A DNA stretch of 64,000 bases from Dehalococcoidia bacterium (GTDB taxonomy: Bacteria; Chloroflexota; Dehalococcoidia; Bin125). Under the pieces are notes generated by a model that was given only the letters and a program-made list of their open reading frames with translations, did no database searches and had not been told where the DNA came from. This document shows positions 27,796-37,562 of the stretch, one piece after another. Location: positions 893,567 through 957,566 of the forward strand of contig CBDCDO010000001.1 in assembly GCA_965215375.1 (NCBI GenBank), given 5' to 3'. Made by a program: the position numbers and the translations under genes. Within the stretch, counting starts at the first letter, position 1. Every line of letters begins with the position of its first letter.

Positions 27796-28621
27796 AGAAC
27801 ATCAGCGGCAATCGACGATCCGCCAACCCCAACACCTCAGGCATCCTCCACACTCCCGACTCCGTCTCCACTAGCCACGGCAATGCCGGATACACCGTCC
27901 AATCCTGCTCGTGCAGGAACTCAATCGTCAGACCAGCATCAATCAACGCGCTGACAATCTCGCCCAAACTGTGATTCCACTCATACGTCACCTGATGCTC
28001 GAAGGTCGCCGACGAGTCCGCGTAGTCCTCGTCGCCACTCCACCGCAGCGGCTCGACCGTCTCAAAGTACGGATAGCGCAGGCGCAACTCACCCGGCGAC
28101 GCTTCATCGTCCAACGTGAACGCGATCGGATGCACATCGCGCACGTACAACACGCCGCCGTCCTTGAGGAATCCAGCGCAAACCTCGGCCCAACCCGCGA
28201 TATCAGGAAGCCAACACAGAGCCCCCAAGTTCACATAGACCACATCAAACGTCGCCAGCCGCTCCGCCAGCACCCCCGGCGACGCATACAACTCTGACTC
28301 CACAAACTCCGCGCGCCCCGCAGACAGTCCCAGTTCCTCCGCGATACGCCGCGCCGTCGCAATCGCTGACGGTGCAAAATCGACACCCACGACACGCGCG
28401 CCCGACCGAGCCCACGACAGTGTGTCGAGCCCGAAGTGACACTGCAGATGCAGCAGCGACTTCCCCGACACCTCGCCGACCTCATCCAGGTCGAGCTGGA
28501 GCAGCGTCGACTCGCCCGCCAGAAAGCGGTCGACCCCATAGAACTCGGACGACGCGTGCACCGAGACCGACTCGTCCCAGCGCCGTCGATTCGCCTCCAG
28601 ATACTCGTCAAGCGATGACAC
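27776..28621 (-). CDS. class I SAM-dependent methyltransferase
   Basis: Motif I VVGVDFAPSAIATARRIAEELG and motif II/post-I DVVYVNLGALCWL. Confidence 0.7.
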   Translation of the reverse strand: MSSLDEYLEANRRRWDESVSVHASSEFYGVDRFLAGESTLLQLDLDEVGEVSGKSLLHLQCHFGLDTLSWARSGARVVGVDFAPSAIATARRIAEELGLSAGRAEFVESELYASPGVLAERLATFDVVYVNLGALCWLPDIAGWAEVCAGFLKDGGVLYVRDVHPIAFTLDDEASPGELRLRYPYFETVEPLRWSGDEDYADSSATFEHQVTYEWNHSLGEIVSALIDAGLTIEFLHEQDWTVYPALPWLVETESGVWRMPEVLGLADRRLPLMFSLRASK

Positions 28622-29870
28622 GAGAGCCCATTCGCGATGCCAGCGCCTCAGGCAAGATCACCGACCCGTCCGCTTGCTGTCCGTTCTCCAGCAACGCCGC
28701 AATCGTGCGCGGCAATGCCAACCCCGACCCGTTCAGCGTGTGGACGAACTGCGTACCCTTCCGCTCAGCCGGTCGATAGCGGACATTCGCCCGTCGAGCC
28801 TGGAAATCGGTGCAGTTCGACACACTCGAGACCTCAAGCCACTCCTGAGCGCCAGGCGCCCAAATCTCGAGGTCATAGCTCACCGACGCGTTGAACCCAA
28901 TGTCACCGCTACAGATCTGCAGCACCCGATACTCCAGCTCCAACCCCTGCAACAACGCCTCCGCCGAGGCCAACATCTCACCCAACGCCGACTCAGAAGT
29001 CTCCGGCGTGGTGAACTGATACATCTCCACTTTCTCAAACTGATGTACCCGCTTGATTCCGCGCACATCCCGACCAGCGCTCGTCTTCTCCCGACGGAAA
29101 CACGGCGTATGCGCCGCATAGCGGATCGGCAGGTCGGCCTCATCCAGGATTTCGTCCGCATGCATGTTGGTCAGCGGCACCTCAGCCGTTGGGACGAAGT
29201 AGTAGTCCTCCTCCTCATCCCGATACAGATTGTCGCGGAACTTGGGCAACTGCCCCGAGGCGCGCATCGCGTCCTCACGGACCATCGCCGGGACATAGCA
29301 CTCCTCGTACCCCGACGCCCCGTGCGCATCGAGAAACCAGCCGATCAACGCTCGCTGCAGCCGTGCACCAGCCCCTCGAAGCGCATACATCCTCGATCCC
29401 GACATCGCCGCCGCGCGCTCAATGTCGATAATCCCCAGCCGCTCACCGATCTCCCAATGCGGCATCGGCTCGAAGTCAAACACCCGACGCTCACCCCAGC
29501 TCCGCACGACGACGTTGTCTTCTTCATCCACGCCGTCGGGCGTGATCTCGCCAACGACATTCGGAATCTCCTGCAACAACCCATCCAGCGACGCCTCAAG
29601 CTCCCGCAATCGCTCCTCAAGCGCATCAATCCGCGACGCCGACGCACGCTGCTCAGCGATCAGCCGCTGGCGCTCCTCATTGTCCTTCGCCTTGCCGATC
29701 GCACGCCCAGCCGAGTTCCGCGCCGCGCGAAGCTCTTCCAGTTCGACCAGCACCGAGCGCCGCTCCTCATCGACCCCAATCGCCTCATCCAACGGTGCCA
29801 CAGCACCGCGACGAGCGAGCGAGCGTCGGATCACCTCTGGCCGCTCACGAATCATCTGCGCAGATATCAC
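28608..29870 (-). CDS. serS: serine--tRNA ligase
   Basis: N-terminal coiled-coil arm plus class II core (RREKTSAGRD...FEKVEMYQF...GSGLALPRTIAALLEN). Confidence 0.9.
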   Translation of the reverse strand: MISAQMIRERPEVIRRSLARRGAVAPLDEAIGVDEERRSVLVELEELRAARNSAGRAIGKAKDNEERQRLIAEQRASASRIDALEERLRELEASLDGLLQEIPNVVGEITPDGVDEEDNVVVRSWGERRVFDFEPMPHWEIGERLGIIDIERAAAMSGSRMYALRGAGARLQRALIGWFLDAHGASGYEECYVPAMVREDAMRASGQLPKFRDNLYRDEEEDYYFVPTAEVPLTNMHADEILDEADLPIRYAAHTPCFRREKTSAGRDVRGIKRVHQFEKVEMYQFTTPETSESALGEMLASAEALLQGLELEYRVLQICSGDIGFNASVSYDLEIWAPGAQEWLEVSSVSNCTDFQARRANVRYRPAERKGTQFVHTLNGSGLALPRTIAALLENGQQADGSVILPEALASRMGSRVIA

Positions 29871-29875
29871 GCTGT

Positions 29876-30415
29876 CTACTCCTCACACCGCGCGACATGG
29901 TCAATCGCTGCAATTCCCAAAATCCGGACATCCTCCGACACCGGCGCCGAGACACCAGCAAACTCCATCGACACATTCTCCGACAGCTCACGCCGAGTCA
30001 CCCAACGCCACGACTCACCGGGCGCCGGCGGCCGACCTTCTGCGCTCGGACGGGAAAAATAGATCATATCGATGTGATGATGAGCGTCCTCGCCGCCGAA
30101 CGAGCGAATCGGCTCAACCATGATCGTCGCCGGCGCGACCAACTGCGGTGGATCACGATAATCAAACCGCTCCGAAGTCGGCAAAATCTCAACCACGATG
30201 CCCGTTTCCTCCAACGCCTCACGGATCGCCGCCTGCGGCGGATCCTCATTAGGCTCAATATGACCGCCCGGAGGAAGCCACAGACCGACTTTACGATGCC
30301 AATGCAACAGTGTCGCACCATCCGTTGCGACAAATGTCGATACTGTGAAGTGTCGGATATCGTCCACGGGGTTTACCGTATCGCACATGGAACTCATCTC
30401 TGCCCATAACGGCAT
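29876..30415 (-). CDS. NUDIX hydrolase
   Basis: Nudix box GGHIEPNEDPPQAAIREALEETG. The track ORF extends to 30463; an internal Met start avoids overlap with the divergent gene. Confidence 0.65.
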   Translation of the reverse strand: MPLWAEMSSMCDTVNPVDDIRHFTVSTFVATDGATLLHWHRKVGLWLPPGGHIEPNEDPPQAAIREALEETGIVVEILPTSERFDYRDPPQLVAPATIMVEPIRSFGGEDAHHHIDMIYFSRPSAEGRPPAPGESWRWVTRRELSENVSMEFAGVSAPVSEDVRILGIAAIDHVARCEE

Positions 30416-31139
30416 GTCCCCAACATGGTCGCCCGACGGCCAGTCAATCGCATTCCTCAGCAATCGCGCAGAAGGCTGGGACCTCTACACCATGCCCGTC
30501 GACGGCGGCGAGGCAACCCGCCTCACCCGAGGCGCCACCGCCGACGACCCAGCCTGGTCGCCCGACGGCAACTGGATTGCTGTCGGGCGCAATCATGGGA
30601 TCGATTTGATCTCGCCCGACGCCAGCGAACACACAATTGTGATCGAAGATGCGAGCGATCCCACTTGGTCACCAATCGGAGACCTCGCATTCACCCGCAA
30701 CCAAGATCTCTACACGCTCGACTTCGAAGGCGAACCAGAACTCCAATTGCCAGACGCGCAGCAACCGCATTGGTCCCCTGACGGCAAGTCCATCGCCTTC
30801 GTCCGACACGGAATCTGGGTGCTCGACCTCGAGGTCGGTCGGGCATTTCAGCGAACCGAAAATCCAGCCGACGAGTCACCCTGCATCTGCGCCGATGGCG
30901 ACATTCTGTTCATCCGCAATGCGCAACTGATGATCCTCCACGAAGATGGATCAATGAGCGACCTTTCACACCTGCCCTCGCCAGCCGGCGCGCCAGCGGT
31001 GCATCCACATGACCTCGACACGGTCGCCTACCACCTGCACGACGGCGGCAACTGGGATATCGTCACCGCCTCCCTCGAGCGTGGCGACGCCAAAAGGCTC
31101 ACCCGCGCAACTTGGACCTCCTGGAACGCTCGCCTGTAA
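30387..31139 (+). CDS. TolB-like PD40/WD40 beta-propeller repeat protein
   Basis: Repeated WSPDG units (SPTWSPDGQSIAF, DPAWSPDGNWIAV, DPTWSPIGDLAF, QPHWSPDGKSIAF). Confidence 0.65.
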   Translation: MELISAHNGMSPTWSPDGQSIAFLSNRAEGWDLYTMPVDGGEATRLTRGATADDPAWSPDGNWIAVGRNHGIDLISPDASEHTIVIEDASDPTWSPIGDLAFTRNQDLYTLDFEGEPELQLPDAQQPHWSPDGKSIAFVRHGIWVLDLEVGRAFQRTENPADESPCICADGDILFIRNAQLMILHEDGSMSDLSHLPSPAGAPAVHPHDLDTVAYHLHDGGNWDIVTASLERGDAKRLTRATWTSWNARL

Positions 31140-31173
31140 CCGACTGTCAACTGCGATTCAGTATCGTGATCCC

Positions 31174-31647
31174 ATGTCGCATTTCCTCCTCCGCCAAGCC
31201 GCCAAGGTGATCGCCGGCTCCGCCGGACCCCAGATCGCCTCACAAATCGCCCAACGACTGACCACACCCGCAACCCGCGACGAAGATCGTCGGAAATTCC
31301 TCATCTGGCTCGCCGGACCATTCAAGCAATCGAACCCGCAGGCATACGATCAACTCTGGCCACGCCTCCACAACAACGACGAAGTGATCAACGCCCTCAC
31401 CGGCGTGTTCCTCGAGCTCCAGTCCGCAGGCCCAAGTGCGACGACCAACTGGTTCAGCCAACTCGCGGAATCCGATCAACAACACTTCGACGAGCTCATC
31501 CTCGCAATCCAGCCAAAACAACCCGACACCCAGCGGCTCATGAAGCAAGCCTCCAAAGAGGCGGAATCAACCTTCCGAGGCGCCGCACGATTCCTCGGTC
31601 GCACCTATCGCAAAACGAGTCGTGAAGCACGCAACAGAAAGCGCTGA
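31174..31647 (+). CDS. hypothetical protein (157 aa)
   Basis: Internal Met start MSHFLLRQAAK...; no recognised motif. Confidence 0.4.
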   Translation: MSHFLLRQAAKVIAGSAGPQIASQIAQRLTTPATRDEDRRKFLIWLAGPFKQSNPQAYDQLWPRLHNNDEVINALTGVFLELQSAGPSATTNWFSQLAESDQQHFDELILAIQPKQPDTQRLMKQASKEAESTFRGAARFLGRTYRKTSREARNRKR

Positions 31648-31651
31648 CCAG

Positions 31652-32146
31652 ATGCCTATGATCGACCACATCACCGACGAGCAGACCGACCTGATCAACG
31701 GCGCGAAAGTCTTCTTCGTCGCCTCCGCCGACCCCACCATGGGCGACGGACCAGACGGCCAAGGCGCCGTCAACCTCTCCCCCAAAGGCGCCGCCGACCT
31801 CCAAATCATCGACCGCCACACCCTCGCCTACTTCGACTATCGAGGCAGCGGAAACGAAACCGCCCGACACACCGCCGCCGGCGGACCGATCACGGTGATG
31901 GTCACCTCATTCGACGAAGACGCCGCCATCGTCCGCCTCTACGGTCACGCCGTTGCCAAGCCGCTCGAAGAATCCGTCCTCGCCGAGCAAGCAGAAAAGC
32001 TCCGCGCCGTCGAAATGCCCACACCCGAGCGCCAAGTCATCGAAATCAGCGTCGAGAAAACCCAAACCTCCTGCGGCTACGGAGTACCCGTCTACAAGTA
32101 CCAAGGAGACCGGTCCCAAAAGCAAAGAGGCCGCCGCTACAAGTAA
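31652..32146 (+). CDS. pyridoxamine 5'-phosphate oxidase-family FMN/F420-binding protein
   Basis: KVFFVASADPTMGDGPDGQGAVNLSPKG...IVRLYGHA split-barrel pattern. Confidence 0.6.
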   Translation: MPMIDHITDEQTDLINGAKVFFVASADPTMGDGPDGQGAVNLSPKGAADLQIIDRHTLAYFDYRGSGNETARHTAAGGPITVMVTSFDEDAAIVRLYGHAVAKPLEESVLAEQAEKLRAVEMPTPERQVIEISVEKTQTSCGYGVPVYKYQGDRSQKQRGRRYK

Positions 32147-32149
32147 CCC

Positions 32150-32390
32150 AAGCCCCCTCCCTCCTCTGATCCCCACTCCCAGGGAGTAGGCTACCAACTC
32201 CCATTCTGATCCCCTCTCCCTCTGGGAGGGGGTTAGGGTGAGGCTCCCCCTTCCCCAAGGAAGAGCAACACCACCTCCACCCCACTCCCAAAGAGAGGAG
32301 CACCACCAGTGATCCCACTCTCCGAGGAAGGGGAACACCGTTTCCGATCCCCTCTCCCAGAGGGAGAGGGGTAGGCCCCCTACCCAATCA
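32150..32390. repeat. cluster of REP-like palindromic units (CCCCTCTCCC...GGGAGAGGGG family) in a convergent intergenic region
   Basis: Units at ~32196-32245 (CATTCTGATCCCCTCTCCCTCTGGGAGGGGGTTAGGGTGAGG) and ~32340-32385. The first unit is near-identical to 53235-53285. Confidence 0.55.
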
Positions 32391-33216
32391 ACCCAGCCAA
32401 CCGATCCAGCTCCGGAACCACCTCATCCGCCCCAGCATGAGGCAGACGGAAGATGCACCGATCCACACCCATCCGCTCATACTCCGCGATCCCATCCTCG
32501 ACCGCGCCGAACACATTGATCGAGATCTCGTCAAAGTCCCGACCAGCCTCGTGCGCCCGCGACTGGATGTCCTGAATCCCCCGCTCGACGAACCCAGGCG
32601 CCGTGATGTTCGGCAGCCAACCGTCCGCCCAGTCAACCACTCGCTGACGAGCCCACTTGCTACCCGCGCCGATCAACACCGGCGGATGCGGCGTCTGCGT
32701 CGGCTTGGGAATCACCTCGGTCAACGGAATGTCCACGAACTCCGAGTGGAACTCGGACTCCTCCGTTGTCCACATCTCCTTCATCGCCGCAATCCGCTCC
32801 GTCGTGACCTTCCAGCGATCCTGGTAATTCACACCGAGCGGCTCCATCTCTTCGGCCAGCCAGCCCGCACCGATCCCAAAATCGAACCGACCTCCGGAAA
32901 TCATGTCCAGCGACGCAATCTGCTTGGCCAACGCGATCGGCTCATGCTCGGTCACCAGACAAATCCCAGTGCCCAGCCGAATCTCCGAGGTCGCACCCGC
33001 CGCCGCAGCCAGCGCCACAAACGGATCATGAATCCGCCGATACTCAATCGGCAATGAACCGTCCTCGCTGCGCGGGAACCGTGTCTCCCGATTGACCGGC
33101 ATGTGGACATGCTCGGGCACAAAGAGCGACTCGAACCCGCGCTCTTCCGCCGCGACCGCAAGCTCCACAGGGTCCATGGCCATGTCCGTCGCGAAAATAA
33201 ACACACCAAACTTCAT
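32380..33216 (-). CDS. LLM-class (luciferase-like) F420/flavin-dependent oxidoreductase
   Basis: MKFGVFIFATDMAMDPVELAVAAEERGFESLFVPEHVHMP...GIGAGW pattern typical of the TIM-barrel LLM family. Confidence 0.8.
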   Translation of the reverse strand: MKFGVFIFATDMAMDPVELAVAAEERGFESLFVPEHVHMPVNRETRFPRSEDGSLPIEYRRIHDPFVALAAAAGATSEIRLGTGICLVTEHEPIALAKQIASLDMISGGRFDFGIGAGWLAEEMEPLGVNYQDRWKVTTERIAAMKEMWTTEESEFHSEFVDIPLTEVIPKPTQTPHPPVLIGAGSKWARQRVVDWADGWLPNITAPGFVERGIQDIQSRAHEAGRDFDEISINVFGAVEDGIAEYERMGVDRCIFRLPHAGADEVVPELDRLAGLIG

Positions 33217-33285
33217 CGTCAGAACCTTTCTGTCTGTTCAGATACCCACAGCCTACGACCTCCTGCCGACGTCTACCCTGCCAGA

Positions 33286-34230
33286 ATGCAACATCACACG
33301 CTCAACCCGCCGACGCCGCCAAATCGCGTCCCGATGGTGCTCGACACCGACACCGCCAATGAAATCGACGACCAGTTCGCCGTCGTCCACGCGCTCCTGT
33401 CCCAAGACCGACTCCAACTCGAAGCAATCTACGCCGTCCCCTTCGCCCGACTCAGCGCTCACCAGGGCCATTCCCCCGCCGCCGGCGTCGCCGAGTCCGA
33501 AGCGGAAATCCACCGACTGCTCGATCGCCTCAATGTCGGCGACCGCAGCCGCGTCTTCCGCGGTGCCGACCAGTTCCTCTCCGACGACAAGCACGCGGTC
33601 CAGAACGCCGCCTCAGACGACCTCATCCGACGAGCCCTCGAGCCTCGCGATGAACCGCTCTGGGTCGCCGCAATCGGTGCCCTCACGAACGTCGCTTCAG
33701 CGCTCCACGAAGCACCGGAAATCGCCGCGCGAATCCGCATCGTCTGGCTCGGCGGACAAGCCCAACACGCGGTCGACGCCCGAGAGTTCAACCTCTACCA
33801 AGACCCCATCGCCGCCCGCATCGTCTTCGATAGCGGCGCCCCACTCGTGCACATCCCCTGCTACGGAGCCGCGTCGCACCTGCTCACCACCACCGCCGAG
33901 CTCGATGCCTACGTTCGCCCCCAAGGCGACATCGGCGAGTACCTGGCGGACATCTTCCGCGATCACAACGACCAGCACCCCGGCCGCTCGAAAGAGATCT
34001 GGGACCTCTCCGCCACGGGTTACCTGATCGACGACAACTGGGTCCCCAAGCGCAGCCTCGAGCGCCCCTCACTTTCTCAGGATATGCGCTGGATCCGCCA
34101 ACCCGACGACACTCCGTCAGCACCCTTCGCCGAAGCCCACTACATCCGCCGAGACCCCATTTTCCAAGACCTCTTCGCCAAACTCGGCGAGTTTCAATCC
34201 GGGAACCGCAACGCAGGATTCGCAACCTAA
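33286..34230 (+). CDS. nucleoside hydrolase (inosine-uridine preferring family)
   Basis: N-terminal VLDTDTANEIDDQFAV (DxDxxxDD Ca-binding motif). The track ORF starts earlier (33103) and overlaps the LLM gene on the other strand. Confidence 0.75.
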   Translation: MQHHTLNPPTPPNRVPMVLDTDTANEIDDQFAVVHALLSQDRLQLEAIYAVPFARLSAHQGHSPAAGVAESEAEIHRLLDRLNVGDRSRVFRGADQFLSDDKHAVQNAASDDLIRRALEPRDEPLWVAAIGALTNVASALHEAPEIAARIRIVWLGGQAQHAVDAREFNLYQDPIAARIVFDSGAPLVHIPCYGAASHLLTTTAELDAYVRPQGDIGEYLADIFRDHNDQHPGRSKEIWDLSATGYLIDDNWVPKRSLERPSLSQDMRWIRQPDDTPSAPFAEAHYIRRDPIFQDLFAKLGEFQSGNRNAGFAT

Positions 34231-34236
34231 CGCCGC

Positions 34237-35295
34237 TCAGAGCCCCACCGTCACCGGACGCGTCATCCCGCCGAATGTCGGCATCCAGCACGAATGCTTG
34301 CCCGGCCCTCCAGCGACGATGATGTGAATCTCCTCAGGCCGATCCGAGATCGGCAGCCACTCATCCGAGCTATGCGTCGGCAACACGCCGCCCGCCATAC
34401 GGATGTTCACCGACTCCAGAAATTCCTCGCTCAGCTTGCTCGCCGGATACCGAGCGTTCTCCCACAGATACTCCTGCACCGACTCTCGCGTCCAACCCTC
34501 CGACGCGACCGTCTCTGCGTGTTCTGGACCAAACGCCAGCACAGGTTCGCCCTTGCCCAGAATGTTGTTCGATCCTGCCTGACCCATCGCCCCAGCGACC
34601 GTCTGCAGGATCCCCGCCGCCGTGTTACTGCCGTGATCCTGAATGTTGTGCGGACCCTCGCACGCCCAGGTCGTCACACAGCTGTCCTCTGCATTGAGCC
34701 CGCGCGTCGTCTGGAACGGCGGCCACGGCGACGCATCCTCACGCTCGGTTGCGCAAAATGCGAACTTGGCCGGCGTGCCCTGCGTCGCGCGATCGCCCCG
34801 ACCAGGTGTCGCTCCGGCGACATTCAGTTGCACCAGTCGCACCGCTCGCCCGATCGTCGCGTTGGACGGAAATGTCGGCCCGAAACAGCCCGATCCGCCG
34901 TGAATGCCAGCCGCTCGCGCCGCCGGACCCGACGCCAGGACAAACACCGCGCACGGATGCGTCGTCGCATTGATTCCGTCGAGATTGAACGGCGGCTGCG
35001 CAATCGCTTCGACCGCCGCCAGCACGATCGGGAACTGCTGCGGCCGACAACCCGCCATCACCGCGTTAATCGCGACCGCCTGCACCGTCGCCTCGCCTTG
35101 ACGAGGCGACAACACACCCAACACCTCCATCGGATCGCGACCCGCAGCCTCGACCATCGCCGCAACGCGCTCCGCCGTCGGCGGAATCAGCGGCAGGCCG
35201 TCGGACCACCCACGACGTTGGCACTCCTGCGAGAACTCGAACGCGTCGGCCGGCAGCGAGAATCGCTCGGCCTCTCGACCTCGAGCCGCCGTCAC
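34237..35295 (-). CDS. conserved hypothetical protein (352 aa), translationally coupled to the upstream selenoprotein gene
   Basis: GTG start overlaps the TGA stop of the upstream gene (GTGA at 35292-35295). Balanced composition; contains GWSDGLPLIPPT...AINAVMAGCRPQQFPIVLAAVEAIA. No family recognised. Confidence 0.55.
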   Translation of the reverse strand: MTAARGREAERFSLPADAFEFSQECQRRGWSDGLPLIPPTAERVAAMVEAAGRDPMEVLGVLSPRQGEATVQAVAINAVMAGCRPQQFPIVLAAVEAIAQPPFNLDGINATTHPCAVFVLASGPAARAAGIHGGSGCFGPTFPSNATIGRAVRLVQLNVAGATPGRGDRATQGTPAKFAFCATEREDASPWPPFQTTRGLNAEDSCVTTWACEGPHNIQDHGSNTAAGILQTVAGAMGQAGSNNILGKGEPVLAFGPEHAETVASEGWTRESVQEYLWENARYPASKLSEEFLESVNIRMAGGVLPTHSSDEWLPISDRPEEIHIIVAGGPGKHSCWMPTFGGMTRPVTVGL

Positions 35296-35837
35296 GATGT
35301 CCCCGCCTCACCAAGCAGCGCCGCCTCAAGACGATCAACTACACCATCATCGACCCGTCCGCGCACGCGCTCAGGTCGCAGCCCACCAAGCGGATGCGGC
35401 ACAATCAAGCGGTCCAACTCGGGCAACCCGCGCTGCTCCGCTTCGAGTTGCAGCAAATCCGTAAACGCCGACGTCCCAACCGTCACCGTCGGAATTCCCA
35501 TCTCTTCAAACAGCACTGAGGCGTGGACACTCCACGTCGTGCAGCTTCCTCAATCGCAGCTCCCAATGAGCAGGAAATCGGCCCCGTTCCGCAGCGCGTC
35601 AATCGTCGAGTCTGACGGCGGCCCACCAACCGGCTTGCTGCCAACGACCACGTCGCCCAACCGATGCCGTTCGCCCAACCGCTCGACCATCGTTTCCATC
35701 AGCAAACGGGCATTCGCCTTCCGATTCTCCAGAATCCCAGGTCGAAGCCCGTCCAACGACGTCGGTCGAGGCGCCGCCGTCGCCTCATGAATCGCCACAT
35801 GAGCCAACGGACTCAAAATCTCAATCGTCTCCGGCAT
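35292..35837 (-). CDS. UGSC-type selenoprotein with in-frame TGA (Sec) at 35550-35552
   Basis: Track ORFs 35550..35885 and 35292..35516 are in the same frame (offset 258 nt) and separated only by TGA. Read-through gives ...ADFLLIGSCD-U-GSCTTWSVHASVLFEEMGIPTV... A GC-rich hairpin sits 11 nt after the UGA. Best RBS is GGAGG-6 nt-ATG at 35837. Confidence 0.6.
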
Positions 35838-35872
35838 CGCAATCCTCCAGTCACCTGCCATCTCCAAACAGC

Positions 35873-37537
35873 CTAAGGCTTCCAATCCTCCGGCTCGACG
35901 ACGATGATCTCGATGTACCCCAACACACGACGTTCCTCCAGGGTGGCGCCCGGGTCACCTTGGGTACCGGCTGGGCATCGTGTCGTCACCTCAACTAGCA
36001 CCCGTCCAAGCTGGGTAGGAGTGCCCCGCAACAGCATCTCGGCTCCGATGATGCCGCCATCATCGTCGTATGTCGTGATACTCGTAGGCGCAATCAACCC
36101 ATTCCAAGCTTCAACGAGTTGATCTTCATTCGACAGATTACCACTGAAGTAGTGACCCTGTTGCTGGTAAGATTCGTCCGGGCTCGGCCGCCCTTGGATC
36201 CAACAAAAGGCATCCGAAAACTCTTGTGTTGATGTCAACACTACCCGATCGTACCAGTGGTACGGACGACCAAGTTCCACGAACACCGTACGGATCAGGT
36301 CATCCGGCCCCACAGTTGTCCTGTCTGACGGATCCGACGGTAAATTGGCAAACAGTTGCTTTTGTATCTGGACTGTGCGCTCCGAAGGTGGTTCGAACGA
36401 TATTGGATTCCCGGCATAGACGAAGCGAAAGTTGGCATTCCGACGCGCTTCAGCGGACCGAAAGTGAGGAATGTAGCGTTCCCAAACCGCCAACATCGTC
36501 GCGACAAACTCCGGACCGAAAAACTCATCAGGATCGGTGATAGCCCGTACGTAGTCTACCAGTAAATCAGCAAATGTGTCTGATTGATCAGCTTCGATAA
36601 CTCGACCCTCTACCGGAATCATCGCTCGCGACTCAACGCCATTGATGAACACTGGAACGTCCGATGCTCGATCTCCAAACAGGTCAACGTTGATCAAGTC
36701 GAACAACCGATTGATCTGATACCAATACGTCCCCCAATCAGGGCGCCAAGTCGATTCCACATCGACGACGTAGTCGGGCAGGAAGTAGTCATTGACATGC
36801 CTGGCCCAGTCCACAGCGTCGCCAAAGTGGTGACCATCAACGCCAGTTAGAGGCCCTGAAGTAATGGACAGCCCCAGCCGAGGTTTGTAGTATATTACCG
36901 ACGAGTTCCAAATGCCGTGTCCTGTGGTTTCTAGGAATAGCACGGTACGAGGTGTATCATCACCTCTATTTCCCGTGCCGTCGTAGCCAGTGTGATACCA
37001 GCCTTGTTCACCATGGATGATCACTTTTCGGTCAAGAGCGTAGATGATAAAATCAGGATCAGTGACCCGCAGGTCTGTTGCGAAAAGCTCTGCTCTTGAT
37101 AGGCACCCTGGTGTTCCAGATGAAATACCAAGCGCATCGAGCTCAATCTGAAACTCCGCAGAGCAGTCGGCGAGGAAGCTCATGCGATCTTGATACACGT
37201 CGATGGTGAGGAATGACCACTGATTTGGTCGACCTTGCCAGAGCAGTGTCACCTCTCCAAGATCGAGCAATGCACCATGCTCGAAACGTTGACCTGGGAT
37301 GGCGAAGCCTTCACCGCGCTCCGCGGCGTCGGCGAAACAGTCCGTAATCGCATCTCGTGATGCGCTGCCAGGGATTTCTTCGGCATACTTCAGCCATTGT
37401 GTTCCGTTATAGCACCATGCTGGGAGGTCGGCGCGATTTGCCTCAACTGTGGCGTTCCAAGCGAAGAGGCTTGCGCTGATCGCGAACGCGAGGATGGCGA
37501 ATCCAACCCAAGGTCGATGTGCGCGCCTACGTCTCAT
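35873..37537 (-). CDS. secreted / membrane-anchored hypothetical protein (~555 aa), lower GC than its neighbours
   Basis: N-terminal MRRRRAHRPWVGFAILAFAISASLFAWNA signal/anchor, many Trp/Tyr, no recognised catalytic motif. Local GC is ~52% versus ~65% in the flanks. The track ORF extends to 37579. Confidence 0.55.
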   Translation of the reverse strand: MRRRRAHRPWVGFAILAFAISASLFAWNATVEANRADLPAWCYNGTQWLKYAEEIPGSASRDAITDCFADAAERGEGFAIPGQRFEHGALLDLGEVTLLWQGRPNQWSFLTIDVYQDRMSFLADCSAEFQIELDALGISSGTPGCLSRAELFATDLRVTDPDFIIYALDRKVIIHGEQGWYHTGYDGTGNRGDDTPRTVLFLETTGHGIWNSSVIYYKPRLGLSITSGPLTGVDGHHFGDAVDWARHVNDYFLPDYVVDVESTWRPDWGTYWYQINRLFDLINVDLFGDRASDVPVFINGVESRAMIPVEGRVIEADQSDTFADLLVDYVRAITDPDEFFGPEFVATMLAVWERYIPHFRSAEARRNANFRFVYAGNPISFEPPSERTVQIQKQLFANLPSDPSDRTTVGPDDLIRTVFVELGRPYHWYDRVVLTSTQEFSDAFCWIQGRPSPDESYQQQGHYFSGNLSNEDQLVEAWNGLIAPTSITTYDDDGGIIGAEMLLRGTPTQLGRVLVEVTTRCPAGTQGDPGATLEERRVLGYIEIIVVEPEDWKP

Positions 37538-37562
37538 ATAGTGCACAAGTGGACAAGCATCC

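Noticed and set aside
26556-28621. Genomic island integrated at tRNA-Ser
   Set aside because: No integrase, no direct repeat of the tRNA 3' end found, and the following genes (hypothetical, NIPSNAP-like, methyltransferase, serS) have host-like GC.
35516-35552. Interpreting the TGA at 35550 as a genuine stop that separates two genes or marks a pseudogene
   Set aside because: Upstream and downstream ORFs are in the same frame, the downstream part has no RBS of its own, the U-G-S-C motif straddles the codon, and a hairpin follows at SECIS distance. Selenocysteine read-through is the more economical explanation, though it needs confirmation of Sec machinery.
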